A stretch of 64,000 nucleotides of DNA from the human T2T-CHM13v2.0 reference genome, Homo sapiens (GCF_009914755.1 NC_060935.1); one strand, 5' to 3'. Positions 1 through 12,704 are shown, numbered from the stretch's first letter. Notes: generated from the sequence alone by a model not told the origin. Translations and numbers: made by a program.

Positions 1-140
1 CTGTCATCTCTGCTACTCAGGAGGCTAAGACAGGAGGATCACTTGAACCCAAGAGTTCAAGGCTGCAGTAAGTCATGATCATGCCACCAGACTCCAGCCT
101 GGGTGACAGAGTGAGTGAGGCCCAGTTTCAAACAAAAATT
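1..140 (+). mobile_element. Alu right arm (AluJ-like), cut by window start
   Basis: GGAGGATCACTTGAACCCAAGAGTTCAAGGCTGCAG...CTCCAGCCTGGGTGACAGAG followed by an A-rich tail. Confidence 0.9.
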
Positions 141-153
141 TTAAAAATTAAAA

Positions 154-200
154 ATATATATATATACATACACATATTACATATATATATATATATATAA
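154..200. repeat. (TA)n low-complexity tract
   Basis: Direct inspection. Confidence 0.9.
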
Positions 201-204
201 CATA

Positions 205-1010
205 AAATTTTAAAATTCACAAATAAGTATATATTAAAGAATGCATACTTAGACAATCAATAGGCCAAGAACAAATGACAAGTGGAATTAAAAAATATCC
301 TGAAGCAAATAAGAACAAAAATACAACATACACAATTTTATGGGATTCAGCAAAAACAGAACCAAGAGGGATTCATAGTGGTAAACTTTTATGTTGAAAA
401 ATAATAGGCCAGACGCAGTGGCTCATGCCTGTAATCCCAGCACTTTGAGAGGCCAAGGGAGGTGGATCATGAGGTCAGGATTTCAAGACCAGCCTGGCCC
501 AGATGGTGAAACCCCATCTCTATTAAAAATATAAAAATTAGCCTGGTACGGTGTCAGGCACCTGTAATCCTAGCTAGTCGGGAGGCTGAGGCAGAAGAAT
601 TACTTGAACCCAGGCAGCAGAGGTTGCAGTGAGCCGAGATCGTGCCACTGCACTCCAGCCTGGAGTGCAGGCTGGAGACTCTGTCTCAAAAAATAAATAA
701 ATAAAAATAATAATAATGAAATGGATTATACACCATGACCAAGTGGGATTTAGTCCTGCAATGTCAGGATAGTTCAACATACAAAAATCAATCAATGTAA
801 TACATCACATCAACAGACTGAAGGACAAAAATGTACATGATTGTCTCAATTAATGTATATTATATTACAATATTCAACACCTTTTAATTATAGAAAACAA
901 AACAAATGATAAGCTTCAACAAACTAGACATAGAAGGAAACTAAATATAATTAAAGCTATAAATTAATAGTCCACAGCTAACATAATAATGAAAGACTGA
1001 AAACTTATTC
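205..1010 (+). mobile_element. Old L1 (L1M) ORF2 fragments split by an Alu
   Basis: 205-405 resembles the ORF2 region after the endonuclease domain; 720-1010 has CACCATGACCAAGTGGGATTT (HHDQVGF, RT region). Confidence 0.75.
407..715 (+). mobile_element. Full-length AluS (AluSg-like)
   Basis: GGCCAGACGCAGTGGCTCATGCCTGTAATCCCAGCAC..., two arms, A-rich tail, probable TSD AAAAATAATA. Confidence 0.95.
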
Positions 1011-1431
1011 TCCATGATTACCAAATTTAAAATACTTAATGGTACCATCACCAAAATCTTTCTTTTGCTATCTCTTTATACCCACATCTACTCAATCCTC
1101 CTCATTAATCCTAATTCCTGGGACTCACCATTTCGTTCTCCCTTTTTTATTTATCTTATTTCTCAAAAAGTGTACAGATGGAATCATCCAACGTTTATCC
1201 TTTAGGATTATTTTTTCACTCTGCCTAACTTCCTTGCTGTTCATCTAGTTGTATGCATCAATAGTTTGTTCTTTTTTATTGCAGAGTGGTATTCTATGGT
1301 ATAAATGTATCACATTTGTTTATTTGTTTTTTGAAACACTTGAGTAGTTTCCAGGTTTCTGTTATTATTAACAAGGTTTCTAGAAACATTTTGTATAAGA
1401 TTCTGTATGAAAATTAGTTTTTATGACATAT

Positions 1432-1740
1432 TGTAGCAGGACAAGCTGCAGAGAAAAATCCTCAGACAGCAGATTAAAAAAGGAAGAGGCTTTATTCGGT
1501 CAGGAGTGTCGACAGACTTGCATCTTAAGAGTCACGCTCCCTGAAAAAGAAATTCTTGGCCCTTTTAAGGGCTTACAACTCTAAGGGGTCCACGTGAAAG
1601 GGTCGTGATAGATCGAGTCAGCGCAGGGAACATGACTGGGGGCTACATGCATCAGCTAACAGAACAGAAAGTTTTGCCATGCTTCTTCATACAATGTCTG
1701 GAATTTACAGATAACACAAGTAGTTTAGGTCAGGGGTTGA

Positions 1741-1783
<43 letters not shown>

Positions 1784-1941
1784 GTAACTACCAGGGCTGG
1801 ATGGTGGCAGCAGGCTGTCTGGCTATTTATCTTACTTCCGTTTCTTTTAAACTTTTTGCTTTCTTCCTTTCCTCCTGTCTTATAAACTAGGCAAGGGTGG
1901 GGGGAGGAGGGCAGCAGGAGAAGTGGTGGTATCCTTCCTTA
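1432..1941 (-). mobile_element. LTR2-family (LTR2B-like) LTR of HERV-E/Harlequin
   Basis: Minus strand starts TAAGGAAGGATACCACCACTTCTCCTGCTGCCC and ends ...TGCAGCTTGTCCTGCTACA; preceded by a polypurine tract AAAAGAGGGAA; contains an (ATT)n tract. Confidence 0.85.
1741..1783. repeat. (ATT)n microsatellite inside LTR2B
   Basis: About 14 TAT/ATT units; the source of the poly-Leu in ORF 1605..1787. Confidence 0.95.
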
Positions 1942-2460
1942 TTCCCTCTTTTGAGAATTTCACTTATTAGTGGAAGTTCTCACTTTTATTTTACTTTCTG
2001 AGTTTCTTTGTGAGACAGAGTGATAGTGATTCATATAATATACTTGTGCTGAAGTTTTCTGATGAACCAAGGTAGCAACAAAACCTTTTATCATTTGAAG
2101 GAGCAAGGGTAATACACAGGGAAGCAGCAAGCAAGTTCTTATTACTGGCAATATACGTATAATGAGAGTTTTAAATTTTCTTATAGCTGGAAACTATTTT
2201 TTAAATAAAGACTTAGGATTAAACCTGTGCTAAACCTGTACAGGCACATGTGCCAACTTTGTCATGTCCTAAGCAGGTTAGTTCTTTTACTGGGTCTTAA
2301 AAGCTTTTTTTAGTGAGCAACGCAGTATTTCTTAATAATAGAAGTTTTTAAGAGCCAGACGCTTGAACTTGTGGGCATCTGTTTGGGGAAAGAGTCAGTT
2401 AAAGTAAAGTAATCTTGAGGCATTAACTCTTTTGCTTCTCAAGGCCATTGGTCTCTCATG
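1942..2460 (-). pseudogene. env: HERV-E/Harlequin internal 3' end (env TM cytoplasmic tail remnant)
   Basis: ORF 1960..2151 CLLLPCVLPLLLQMIKGFVATLVHQKTSAQVYYMNHY matches my recollection of the HERV-E Env C-terminus; it abuts the PPT and LTR. Confidence 0.8.
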
Positions 2461-3429
2461 TTATGTTTATAATATATCCAAGAACAAAATTTCTGGGACA
2501 TAAGTCTATGTTTGGTTTTAAAAGGGAATACCACAGTAATTTCAAAGCTGAATTAATGATTTTACATTTCTACCATTTCTCTGCATTCTCATTAACATGT
2601 TTCATCATTATTTTTTATTATAGCCAGTCAGATGGTTTTATAGTATATCTCATTATGGTTTTAAGTTGCATTTCTTGAATAGTTAAATACATTGAACATC
2701 TTTTCATGTGTTCATTTGTATCTGTGTATTATTTTCTAGGAAATACCTGTTCATGTCTTTTGATCATTTTCTAATTGGATTATTTACTTTTAATGATGAT
2801 TTCTAGAATTCTTCATATATTCTAGATACACAGTGTTTTCAGATACATAATTTGTAAATATTTTATCAGTCTATAATTTGTCTTTTACTTTTCTTAATAT
2901 GGTCTTTTTGTAAAGCATAACTTTATTTTCACTGTGATTTAATTTATCAAACTTGTGTAAGTTGTGTTTTTGTTTAAGTCTGGGAACTGTCGACTTCTAG
3001 GTCCTGAACATTTTTTTCCTACTTTCCTTATTTGTGGTAGAAGTTTTACAGTTCTATGTTTTCTAGTTAAGTCTAGGCTCCATTTTGAGTTAATTTTAGT
3101 ATAAGGTATGAGATTTATGGTAATTTTTTCATTTGTTTTTGCCTATGTTCTAACACAGTTTATTGACCAGACTATCACCCTTCTATTGAATTATTTTTGT
3201 TCCTTCAGCACAAATTAATTGAGCATATTTGTGAGCTCTATATCTGAGTTCTTTATTCTGTTCCACAGCTGTGCATATGTCTCAGGCAGCATGCAGTCCA
3301 CGCAGTCTTAGTTACTTATCCACGTAATTAGCCTTAACTTTAGGAAGTTATTCTTCTCACTTCATGTTTGAAAATTATTTTGGATATTCTAGAGCCTTTC
3401 TCATTTACTATGAATTTTACAGTAAGGTT

Positions 3430-3746
3430 TTTGTTTGTTTCTTTTTTCTTGTTTGTTTTTAATAGAATCAGTATCTTGCTCTGTTGCCCAGGCTAGAGCG
3501 CAGGGGTGAAATCATAGGTTACTGTAGCCTCAAACTCCTACGCTCCAGCAATCCTCCTGCCTTGGCCTCCTGAGTAGCTGGAACTAAAGGCATGCTTCCC
3601 GAAACCCAGTTAACTTAAAAAAAAAATGTAGAGACAGGGTCTCACTACATTGTCTAAGCTAGTCTCAAAATCCTAATTTCAAGCAATTCTTTTGCCTTGA
3701 CCTCCCAACGTGGTGGGATTACCGGCATGATCCACTGCACCTGGCC
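3430..3746 (-). mobile_element. AluJ
   Basis: T-rich tail, TCTTGCTCTGTTGCCCAGGCTAGAG...GGGATTACCGGCATGATCCACTGCACCTGGCC; diverged. Confidence 0.92.
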
Positions 3747-6700
3747 CTAAAATAAATGTTTATATGTCTACAAAATATTTGTGGAAATTTTGACAGAAAT
3801 TGCATTAAACCTATAGGCTAATTTAGGGAGAATTCATGTCTTTATAATGTCGAGGCTTCCATTCTATAACACTGTATATTTTTCTATTTATTTAGATACT
3901 TTCATCAGCATTATGCAGTATTCAGCACACAAGTCCAAGTAATTGTTAGATCAACAACTAGTTATTTCACTGTACATTATTTTTGGAATATATACATGAT
4001 ACTATATTTTTACGATAAATAACTTGGTGACCATATATTTAGTGCTTTTATCTAGGAATACGACTTATATGTGTATGTTTATCTTTTATCCTACATCTTT
4101 ATTGAACTCACTTGTCAATTCTACAATGCTTTTGTTGATTTATTGAGACTGTCTACATAGTCAGTTATCCCTCCACAGATAGGTACACTTTTATTTGTTC
4201 CTGTTCAATCAGTAACCATTTTATTTCATTTTTTAGCTTAATGTGCTGGCTAGAACTTGCGGTATTCTGTTGAATAGCAGTGGTAAGTGTTAAAACTTAT
4301 TTTTTAAAGCAGGTTTTTAATTTATTCAGGAAGAAATAAGTAGACTTTTAAGCCAAACCTCAGTTTTCTGTTTCCAGAGCTCGTGTTCTCCTTACAGATG
4401 TACTTCCTTAATGGAAGTCCTCCATTTTCAGAAACACCTCTTCACGATAGCACCATGTCCATGAAAATCATGCATTAAAACTTGTGGTAAAATAGTTTCT
4501 ATGGTCCAAAATGAATCAACTAAACTAAGAAAACCAGCAACCTACTAAGAAAACTAGTTATGTAATTAGTCCAATTATTGAATCTATGGAATCATGTAGT
4601 AAATTCTTCAGTACAAGTTTCGAAGTGTAAGGCATTGCAGGATAATCTAGATTTTTTTTTAGACATTAACATTAAAAATGTATGCCACTTTCTCTATACC
4701 TTCTTTAATACTAGGGGGCACGCCTGCATTCTCTGCAAGTAAAGTTTTATGAAAGTGTCCTAATGAATTTGTATTTTATCCATTACATAGTTTTGAAATT
4801 TGTAGACACAGAAAAATACAGTAACATCATATTTAAGATGGAGAAGTAAATTACAGTCTTGAAATCAAAGTCATAACCTGAACACTTATATTTAAGGCTA
4901 GAAAACTCTACTATCCTGTGCCTCTGCATGTATTCATTACAATATTGTTTTCTGGTTTAATTCATGGGAAGGTGAAGCAAATAAGTTTTACCTTTAAGTT
5001 TTGTCTACTGTTTGTACATTTTTGAATAAGCTGATAACTTTAGAGAGAAAGTTGACCTGAAAAACGGAATGACCATTGGAATGGAGGCTTGGACACTTTT
5101 GCCTTGTTCCTGATTGAACGAACAAAGCATTCTGTCTTTCAAAACTGTATATGATGTAAGCTCTAGGGTTCTTTGCAGCTATTCTTTATCAAGTGGAGGA
5201 AGTTCTTCTCTATGCTTAGTTTTCTCATGTGAGTACATATAATAATATATCCCATATGATATATCATATATATCATATATATACTCACACACATATATGT
5301 ATACACTATAATCATGTGTGTATTGAATTTTGTCATATTACATGATCATGTAATTTTTAATCTTGTTTTTTGTATGACATATTCTTTATAACTTTTTTAT
5401 AATCAACCTCTGAGACTTAATAATTTTATTATTTCAAGGTGATTTTTAATTGATGTTTGAAGCATGTTTATGACAGTTAAAATCTTTGTCAGGAAATTTT
5501 AACTTCTGATTCATCTTATTATTGGCATTACTTGGTTGTCTTTTCTTATTCAAATTGGAATTTTCCTGGTTTTTGGTATTAAGGGTAAGTTTCTCTGGAA
5601 TCCCAGAAATGTGAGTTATTGTGTTGGGAATCTTCTAGTACTAAAGTCTTCTATTTTTGCAGACAGTTGCCTTGATTAGGTTTAGTATGTGGAATCTAGC
5701 CTACTATTTTGGGCTTTATTTCCAATGACAATTTAGTATCTGAGCATATGCAATGCCATTTTAGCCTTCTGGTAATGCTAAGGTTTCCACTCTCACCCTG
5801 TTTTGTCACTTGTGGGCACAAAAGTTTCTTCCCTGGGTTGTATGCTGTTGTTTCTGGGGTAATTTCTGGGGCAAATTCTGGAGCTATGTTCTATTTTTAG
5901 CTATTACAATGCTACCTTTTTTTCATCATGTAGGAAAAGGGGCAATTTCTTCTTGATTTTCACATGTAAAATCCTCTGAGCTTTTTTGGTGGTTCGTTAT
6001 TTTTCACAAAGGCAGGCTGGGTGATATTTACCAAGTGAGTGAGGCAGAGAGAGAAAATTCCACAGAGAATTGACATCCCCTTTGCGTTCTAAGTGACAGT
6101 TTGCTTCAATAGTAGCTACTTAACTTGATGAAATAGTTAAGACATGATACTAGCAAGTTATGATCATATTAGACTTATCACTTGTTTTCTTCCTGAGTAG
6201 AACTCATTTTATGAATACTATTTTGCTAAGTTTCCATAGTGTTTGAGGAACACAGAGAAAGGAAATTCAAAGGTATTTTTAAATTGTAATACCCCTTATC
6301 ACAATAAGATTGAGATGTTAGACAAGGTTGGTGCTGAAATACACCTATCAATTATTTTCTTTAATTTTCATATTCAATAAAAGATGTTTGTTTGGAAGAT
6401 CAAAGGATTTTATCCTCATAATCATCTATGATTACATTAATGAAAGAACCCACCCTACAGCATATCTGTAAATTTCTTTTTCAAGATTGTGGTTTCATGA
6501 GATGTGCTACAACAGAAGGATTTCAGGGTAAAGAATAGATTCAGGAAATTTTTCACACAATATCTGCCTTTGTTGTATTTGACAGTTATCAAGTACTGTA
6601 ACTCAAACTTCATTGAGATTCTGAATTACATATGGTTCATAATAAAATGTGTGTTCAAATAATGAACATCTGGTATGCTTTTAGACTAAAAGCAGTCAAC

Positions 6701-9700
6701 CTTATTGAAAAATACTGAAGTTAATACATAATGTGAGATTTCCTAATGAACAGAATATTGTATCTTAGTTTGCTGGATTGATGTTATATCTTATAGGATA
6801 TTGAGGTTTTTGCTAGATAGATTGATTACTATTTTTTAAATTACTTGTGGTTTCCATTATTGATGTACCTGAAACTGTAGAAATGATTGTCATTTTTTAA
6901 TAATCTTAATGTCTAAACAAATTTAGAATTCAATGTTTTTCTAATTCTTTTACATTAAGAATATTTTTCTTATCATGGAGGAGGAATTTCCAGTAGAATT
7001 TGACTCGTTTGTAGTAACTGAGTATTTTAATATTGATTAAAAGCCACTCTGAATATTTGACCTTGTGGATATCTCAGATTTCTGATTCTTTCTCCATTGT
7101 GGCCCTCATATATATTAAAGTGATGGCACTTTTTATTCTCCTTCATCCCTTCAATTTAAATTTGCTAGTCTATTCTCAATTTGTACTTTACAGGACCTGT
7201 TGAATGAAGCACAAATAAAACTACCCAAACAACCCCACTGCCGTGAGCTGTTTTCAGTTTTGATTATGTCAGAACGTATTCCCTAGATCCTAGAGCAGAT
7301 TCTTTTTCTAGCAGGAGATGTAAAGCTAGAGCAAGTCACATTTATGCACCTGGAATCTTCCAGATACTGTGCCTGGCATTAGGCTTATAACTTGGCTTTG
7401 TTTATTTGTATGAAGCGCCTAAAAGTTCGAGAGCCAGAGAAGTGCCTTTCCCCTGTGCGACACCCCCCGCCCACTGCCCTGGCAAAATACACAACTAGAC
7501 AAAGCTTGCACACATTTCTTAAAAAACAAAATAGATAAGTAGAAGATTTGGAGAGATGAGAAATGTGAAAATATTAAGAACGCCCCCCACACAAAATTTT
7601 AAAAAAGCAATTCATTATTTCTGAACTTCAAGTATCCCTATCATGTGTTAGACAAAATCCCCTTTTATCATTTTTCCATAAAACATTCCTGATCCCTTTG
7701 TTTAGATGAATCAGAGTTGAAACGCTTGTCTAGATTCTTCTCATAATAGTTACTAAAATATTTTATATTTTTAAACACAATATTTTTGGCATTTTCATAA
7801 CTAGAAATATATGAGATTTAGGTATTAAAATTTTGTCTTGTTTTACATTTTTATTTTTTATAATTTGTTGCTATAAATTAATTGCTGAATTATGTTAGAG
7901 ATCTAGACTTAAATTTATTAAATTATATTTATTTTGATGCTTCTATTTTTTATCAACTTTTTGAAAAGAAATTCCACATGCATCCTTGATCTGAAAGTGA
8001 GATGCACACACATATACACGTTTACTGACAGAAAACAGTTGAACAGCTTTTAAAAACAAGAAATAGAGAAAAAACTATAATAAATAATAAGTAGATAATA
8101 AAACCAGAAGCTGAGTTAAATTCACTCAGTTGCTAGTTCCTTCATACTCTTTCAGACCATAATCTCGGGGTACAATCATGTAATTTTAAAAAATATATGT
8201 ATCTTTAAAAAGTTGTCTATTTTTCCTAAAAGTTAACAGTTATGATGCTTCAATGACAGTCTACTTGGAATGGATATACAAAGTCATAATTTCATAAAGA
8301 CTATATAGGCTTTTTCAATAACTTGCCAATTATAAATTGGTCTGTTTTGGACCCAAATGTTATATAACAGTTACCGTTTCGATTTCATTCTGTTTTTCTA
8401 GTCCTTCTATAATACAGCTGTTGAAATCACTTTGAGTATTATGAAATGCTGGGGATCTTCAGCATTGCTAGAATCAAACTTGCAACCATCCCATAAATGG
8501 TTTACATCAACCATTTACATTCACTTTCCTCAGGTCTGGATTTTGTGCTAGTTTGAGTGTATTGTTTATTGTGGATTTTATTTCTATTCTTAATATCTTG
8601 GACTAAACTCATAGAATATTAAGAAAAGTCATTAGATAATTTATTTGCCTAAATAATTCATTACTGCTAATATTTAGTAGAAAAAATCTATATAAATGTC
8701 TCAATTAGAGTATTTAGAATTCTATAGAAAATCTTCTTATGTATATATCATAAGATTATGCCAAGTGATGAAAATTGTTGACTTGTTAGAAATGCTTAAC
8801 ATGATCTTTTGTATAAGTGAAATATAATATTGGCTAGGGGTAAGGGTTCTAGAAAACCAATACAAAAAGATAACATGCTATGTTTAAAAAATAATTTTAA
8901 GTAAAGGACCAGTTGATGAAAGACAAACATTCATATAGAACCAATAAACTTACATTCATAATTTTTGACCATCAACATATTTTAAAAATAATCATTAAAT
9001 GGCTTTAATGAACACTAAAAATTGGAGTCTTGATATGACCAAGACTAATCAAATAAATGCACTGGTGATCATTCTGAAAATGGCTCCCAGGAAGCCATTT
9101 AAGGAAATTGGCATTTGAATAAATACTTGATTGATGGTTTCAGCAGTAACTTTAACTTGTGGGTTCAAGTTAATGGATTAAATGAAGCAGTGAGTTTTTC
9201 TGTATATTCATCTTTTACGAGTAGACACATTTTAGAAATACAAAGAGCATGGAAAAATCCTTGGTTTTACAAAATGGATCTACTACAGCATGTGAAGATA
9301 TTTATAATAGTGTAACTGGCAGGTTATGTCCCACCTAAACAGTCTCAAAATGACTTTCAGGTGTAAGAAATAGGAATCTGTAAGAGTGAGCTAAAACCTT
9401 GTTTATAAAAGAATGTTAAATATTCATAAAAGCTATAACCAATAGGTGACCTTAAAATTTGTAATAACAGCTTTCTATAAGGACATGGCAAAATGTTTAG
9501 TGACTTGAAGTATTGGAAAGCTATTACTAAATAGCTTTTTAAAATGTAAAACCTTAATAGGTAGTGTCATTTATTATCTATTTTTCATAGCACAGCTAGA
9601 GACAAAGAGCAAGAGAAGGAGAACCAATTTTATAGCTAATACTTAGAGTTTCCAGATGAAGTGAGAAATGTAAAATATTGGATCTCTTGATTCAGTTTCT

Positions 9701-10057
9701 TCTAGCTTCCAAAGATCTCTTGTCAGCTCCTAAAAATACTTGATTCTTTAAGAGCAAATATTTCTAGGCTTATTTGTCTCTTTGATTTCAGTTTTTCACT
9801 GTATTGAAGTGAGATGCTTAACTATCTCTACAGGTCCTTGAAAGGAAATCAGGGAATTTAGTTTGTTTTATGTCTACCCCTCATTCTACCTCACCCAAGG
9901 AGGTGAAGGAGGTAAAGAATATAGCCCTGGACTCTCCAAACTCTTCCTCCACCAAATTTAATCCCAATGTCTTCTCTTTTATCTCATGTATTATACAGTT
10001 TACACGTTGGGGTATGATATGTAGTTTTGATCAAAGATAATCATCTTTGGTATACTC

Positions 10058-10180
10058 AAGCAGATGTTGGTGCCGTGCCTGCACAACCTGTAAAACCATG
10101 AGCCAAATTAAACCTCTTTTCTTTATAAATTGCCCAGTCTCAGGTGCTTCTGCATAGCAACACAAGGACAGATTAACACA
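10058..10180 (+). mobile_element. MaLR LTR 3' fragment (MSTB-like)
   Basis: AAGCAGATGTTGGTGCC...AAACCTCTTTTCTTTATAAATTGCCCAGTCTCAGGT...ATAGCAACACAAGGACAGATTAACACA. Confidence 0.8.
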
Positions 10181-11974
10181 TAAGTCTAGTGAAATATATT
10201 TGGCAGTTTGGTCCTGCTCATAGATAAACTGAATCTAGGGGTTATACTTCTGACTAGGTTCTCCTCTTATCCCTCATTAAAGCAGCAGTAAATTCAAGAT
10301 AACAAGAATCTGTTCTATAAATTTCAGATAATCTTTTTGAAGAGTTTTTTCAGTCTTGGTCCCCCACATTACAGGAATGTTTAGGCAGAAACTCTCCAAA
10401 GCTGCCATTCATGTCCTTTATTGGAACAGCCATCTGCATCTATACACCAGTACATCATTGTTACCCAGATCCCATGTTACATGGATGTCACATTTCTAGC
10501 ATAAACAAGTGTTCTCTAGACTGTATACCTAGAGCCAGAGGACATGTTCCTTTTGAGAAACAGTGACAAAAGTGTAGAAGAAATGTTGATAAATGGAGCA
10601 GTAGATAATAGATCAGCAATCCCTTAATATTTATTTATAATCCCTGAAATAAATTTTGCTAGAGACTCTTGTTAATATGAGATAAAATATTTAACTTGAT
10701 TTGAGATCTGTCATATAATACAAGGACTATGTAGATGCTTTAGAAAACATTGGCCAAGATAATATTTAAAAGATGGCAAGGTTATGACAGAAAGAAAATG
10801 TAGTTTTTTTTGTTTGTTTTTTTTTGTTTGGTTTTTAGGTTTTTCACATTGTAGTGCAGGGTGTGGCTTCATTACTTTATCTTATTTGAATGAACAAAAT
10901 TTGAGAACAGCTATGTCTAGGAATGTGAAATAGTTTATGAAAATAAATTCTAGAAACATTGAAAAAATTTATCTTCTCAGAAGTTAGCCTTCTCATCATA
11001 AATTGAGAAGTTCATTATGCATTTTCAGATTAACTTCAATGCACAGAATAAGGAGACAAAGAACTTATTGTAGTTTTGGGAAATCTGGATAATGGTAGAA
11101 ATCTATTAACTCTTGTTTTGGAGACACAGAGTATTCCTTTGAATGAAGACTTAGGACAGATATTTTTACATCACAATATTATGCTTACTGCCTGTCATTC
11201 CTCTTTGATTATTACATTTTGGGGGAAGAAAAATTTCGAGGCTTTTCAGTGCTTGAGTTCCTAAATAAATTTCACATACTTTAGAAAGCATTTGATTTAT
11301 TCGTTGACATTTCATTAATTAGCTGTAACATATTTATACTAACATGTGCCTTCTTTTGGGAGTGTATATTTCTCATTATAGTCCCATTGTGTACATTCTT
11401 ATAGGCATGTAACTGTTTCTACTTTCATTTGTGACTTATGGCATTTGAATGTGTACATTCATATGTGTTGGCACATACACTAGTCAAATGTGTGTGCCTG
11501 TATCTGTACATCCCTGTCAGGTATGTATACATATATCCATATGTACATATTAGCCTTATAATATAATCCATCAAAATGTACACACCTGTGTCAAATATGT
11601 TGTTTGTTTACTGGGATTTTATTTCCGTTTAAACTACTGCCAAAATTAAATAAACAGTTATTCTAAAAAGCACTAGATAACTCCCTATTGGTGTTTGAAG
11701 CCCCAATGTGCTTACCGTTGCCTCATATATCAATGCAGGCTTTCCCCAGCTACCAAAGCTGCCATTTGATTCAGATACCCAATCTGCCTCACATGTGCTT
11801 GCGGTTGGGGAGTTACATTTGCGGCTATTTATTGGATGCTCAAAGAGATTAGTAAACACACACAGAGCTAGAGGAATTTTATACATTATCCTGATAATAA
11901 CTAAAGTATTGTTTAGTTGGATGCAAATGAAGGAAATATGTCAAATGACTTACATATCTGACTACTAAAAAAAT

Positions 11975-12030
11975 TATTGTATTATTACAGAGTATTACTG
12001 TAGTGTATTATTGTAGTGTATTATTATAGA
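11975..12030. repeat. Short degenerate ~13-bp tandem repeat (TAGTGTATTATTG-like)
   Basis: About 4 imperfect copies by inspection. Confidence 0.7.
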
Positions 12031-12704
12031 GATAATAACTTAGATACAATGTTAAGGAAAGTAAAATATTTCATTTTCCTCCAATAACAATAAAGGGAAT
12101 GTTCTTCTGATTGCAATTAACCTCAGATATTTTTGGATATGATCTATTTTTTAAAAATGATGATACATTTGAAACCAATGTCTGCTTAGAGTAAACACAG
12201 TACTTTGTTTATATAAAACCAACAATGCATTAAAATTTTGCCTGTTTGTGTGCTTTATTTGAAATTTCAGTTAATGGTAGTCCAGTGTATTTCAATAATT
12301 TTAAGAACACAACACTGCCTCTTTCATGGTGTAACCCACCAAGGTCTCTTGGCTTTAACCTGAGGTCTAGTGTGTGTTATATAATGTCCATTACAACTAG
12401 GTAACCAATTGAGTTTTTATTTATCTCTATTCCATATCATATAACATCTCCAGTTGTTTCCTAAGTATGCATAAATGATGTAGCTTACTAATACCCTTGC
12501 TTTAAAGTTGTCTTAAGTACCTTCTTTGGACAAAAGGATGCTATGTGTGGTAGTAGCTTCTATCAGAGGGCCTTGGAAATCTTCCTGAGCATGGGTCTCT
12601 ATTTGCCATCTTGAAATAAACTCCTCAGCAAGATTCCTCAAGTCAGCTTATCCAATAGTGACTTACATGCATACTTAGATCCAAACATGTAGGAGATACA
12701 TATA

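Larger units (their letters stand above)
1170..5800 (-). mobile_element. Old L1M element, interrupted by LTR2B/HERV-E, an AluJ and an ~800-bp insert
   Basis: Collinear antisense L1 3'UTR/ORF2 motifs at ~1200-1430, 2465-3425, 3750-4290 and 5091-5800 (e.g. TTGAATAGCAGTGGT ... GGACACTTTTGCCTTGTTCCTGA). Confidence 0.75.

Noticed and set aside
395-725. Alu-insertion-mediated deletion of the host L1
   Set aside because: The L1 does jump across the Alu, but an apparent TSD (AAAAATAATA) suggests a normal insertion, and the A-rich context makes the call ambiguous.
4521-4556. Direct repeat ACTAAGAAAAC x2 as an insertion TSD
   Set aside because: Only ~11 nt separate the copies; more simply a local tandem duplication.
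9591-11092. Homeodomain-like words KRRRTNF and RRQRTY in candidate exons
   Set aside because: No helix 1-3 or WFxNRR follows and stops occur within a few codons; likely chance in purine-rich sequence.
11975-12030. CRISPR-like or other spacer array
   Set aside because: A simple degenerate tandem repeat with no unique spacers, in eukaryotic context with no cas genes.
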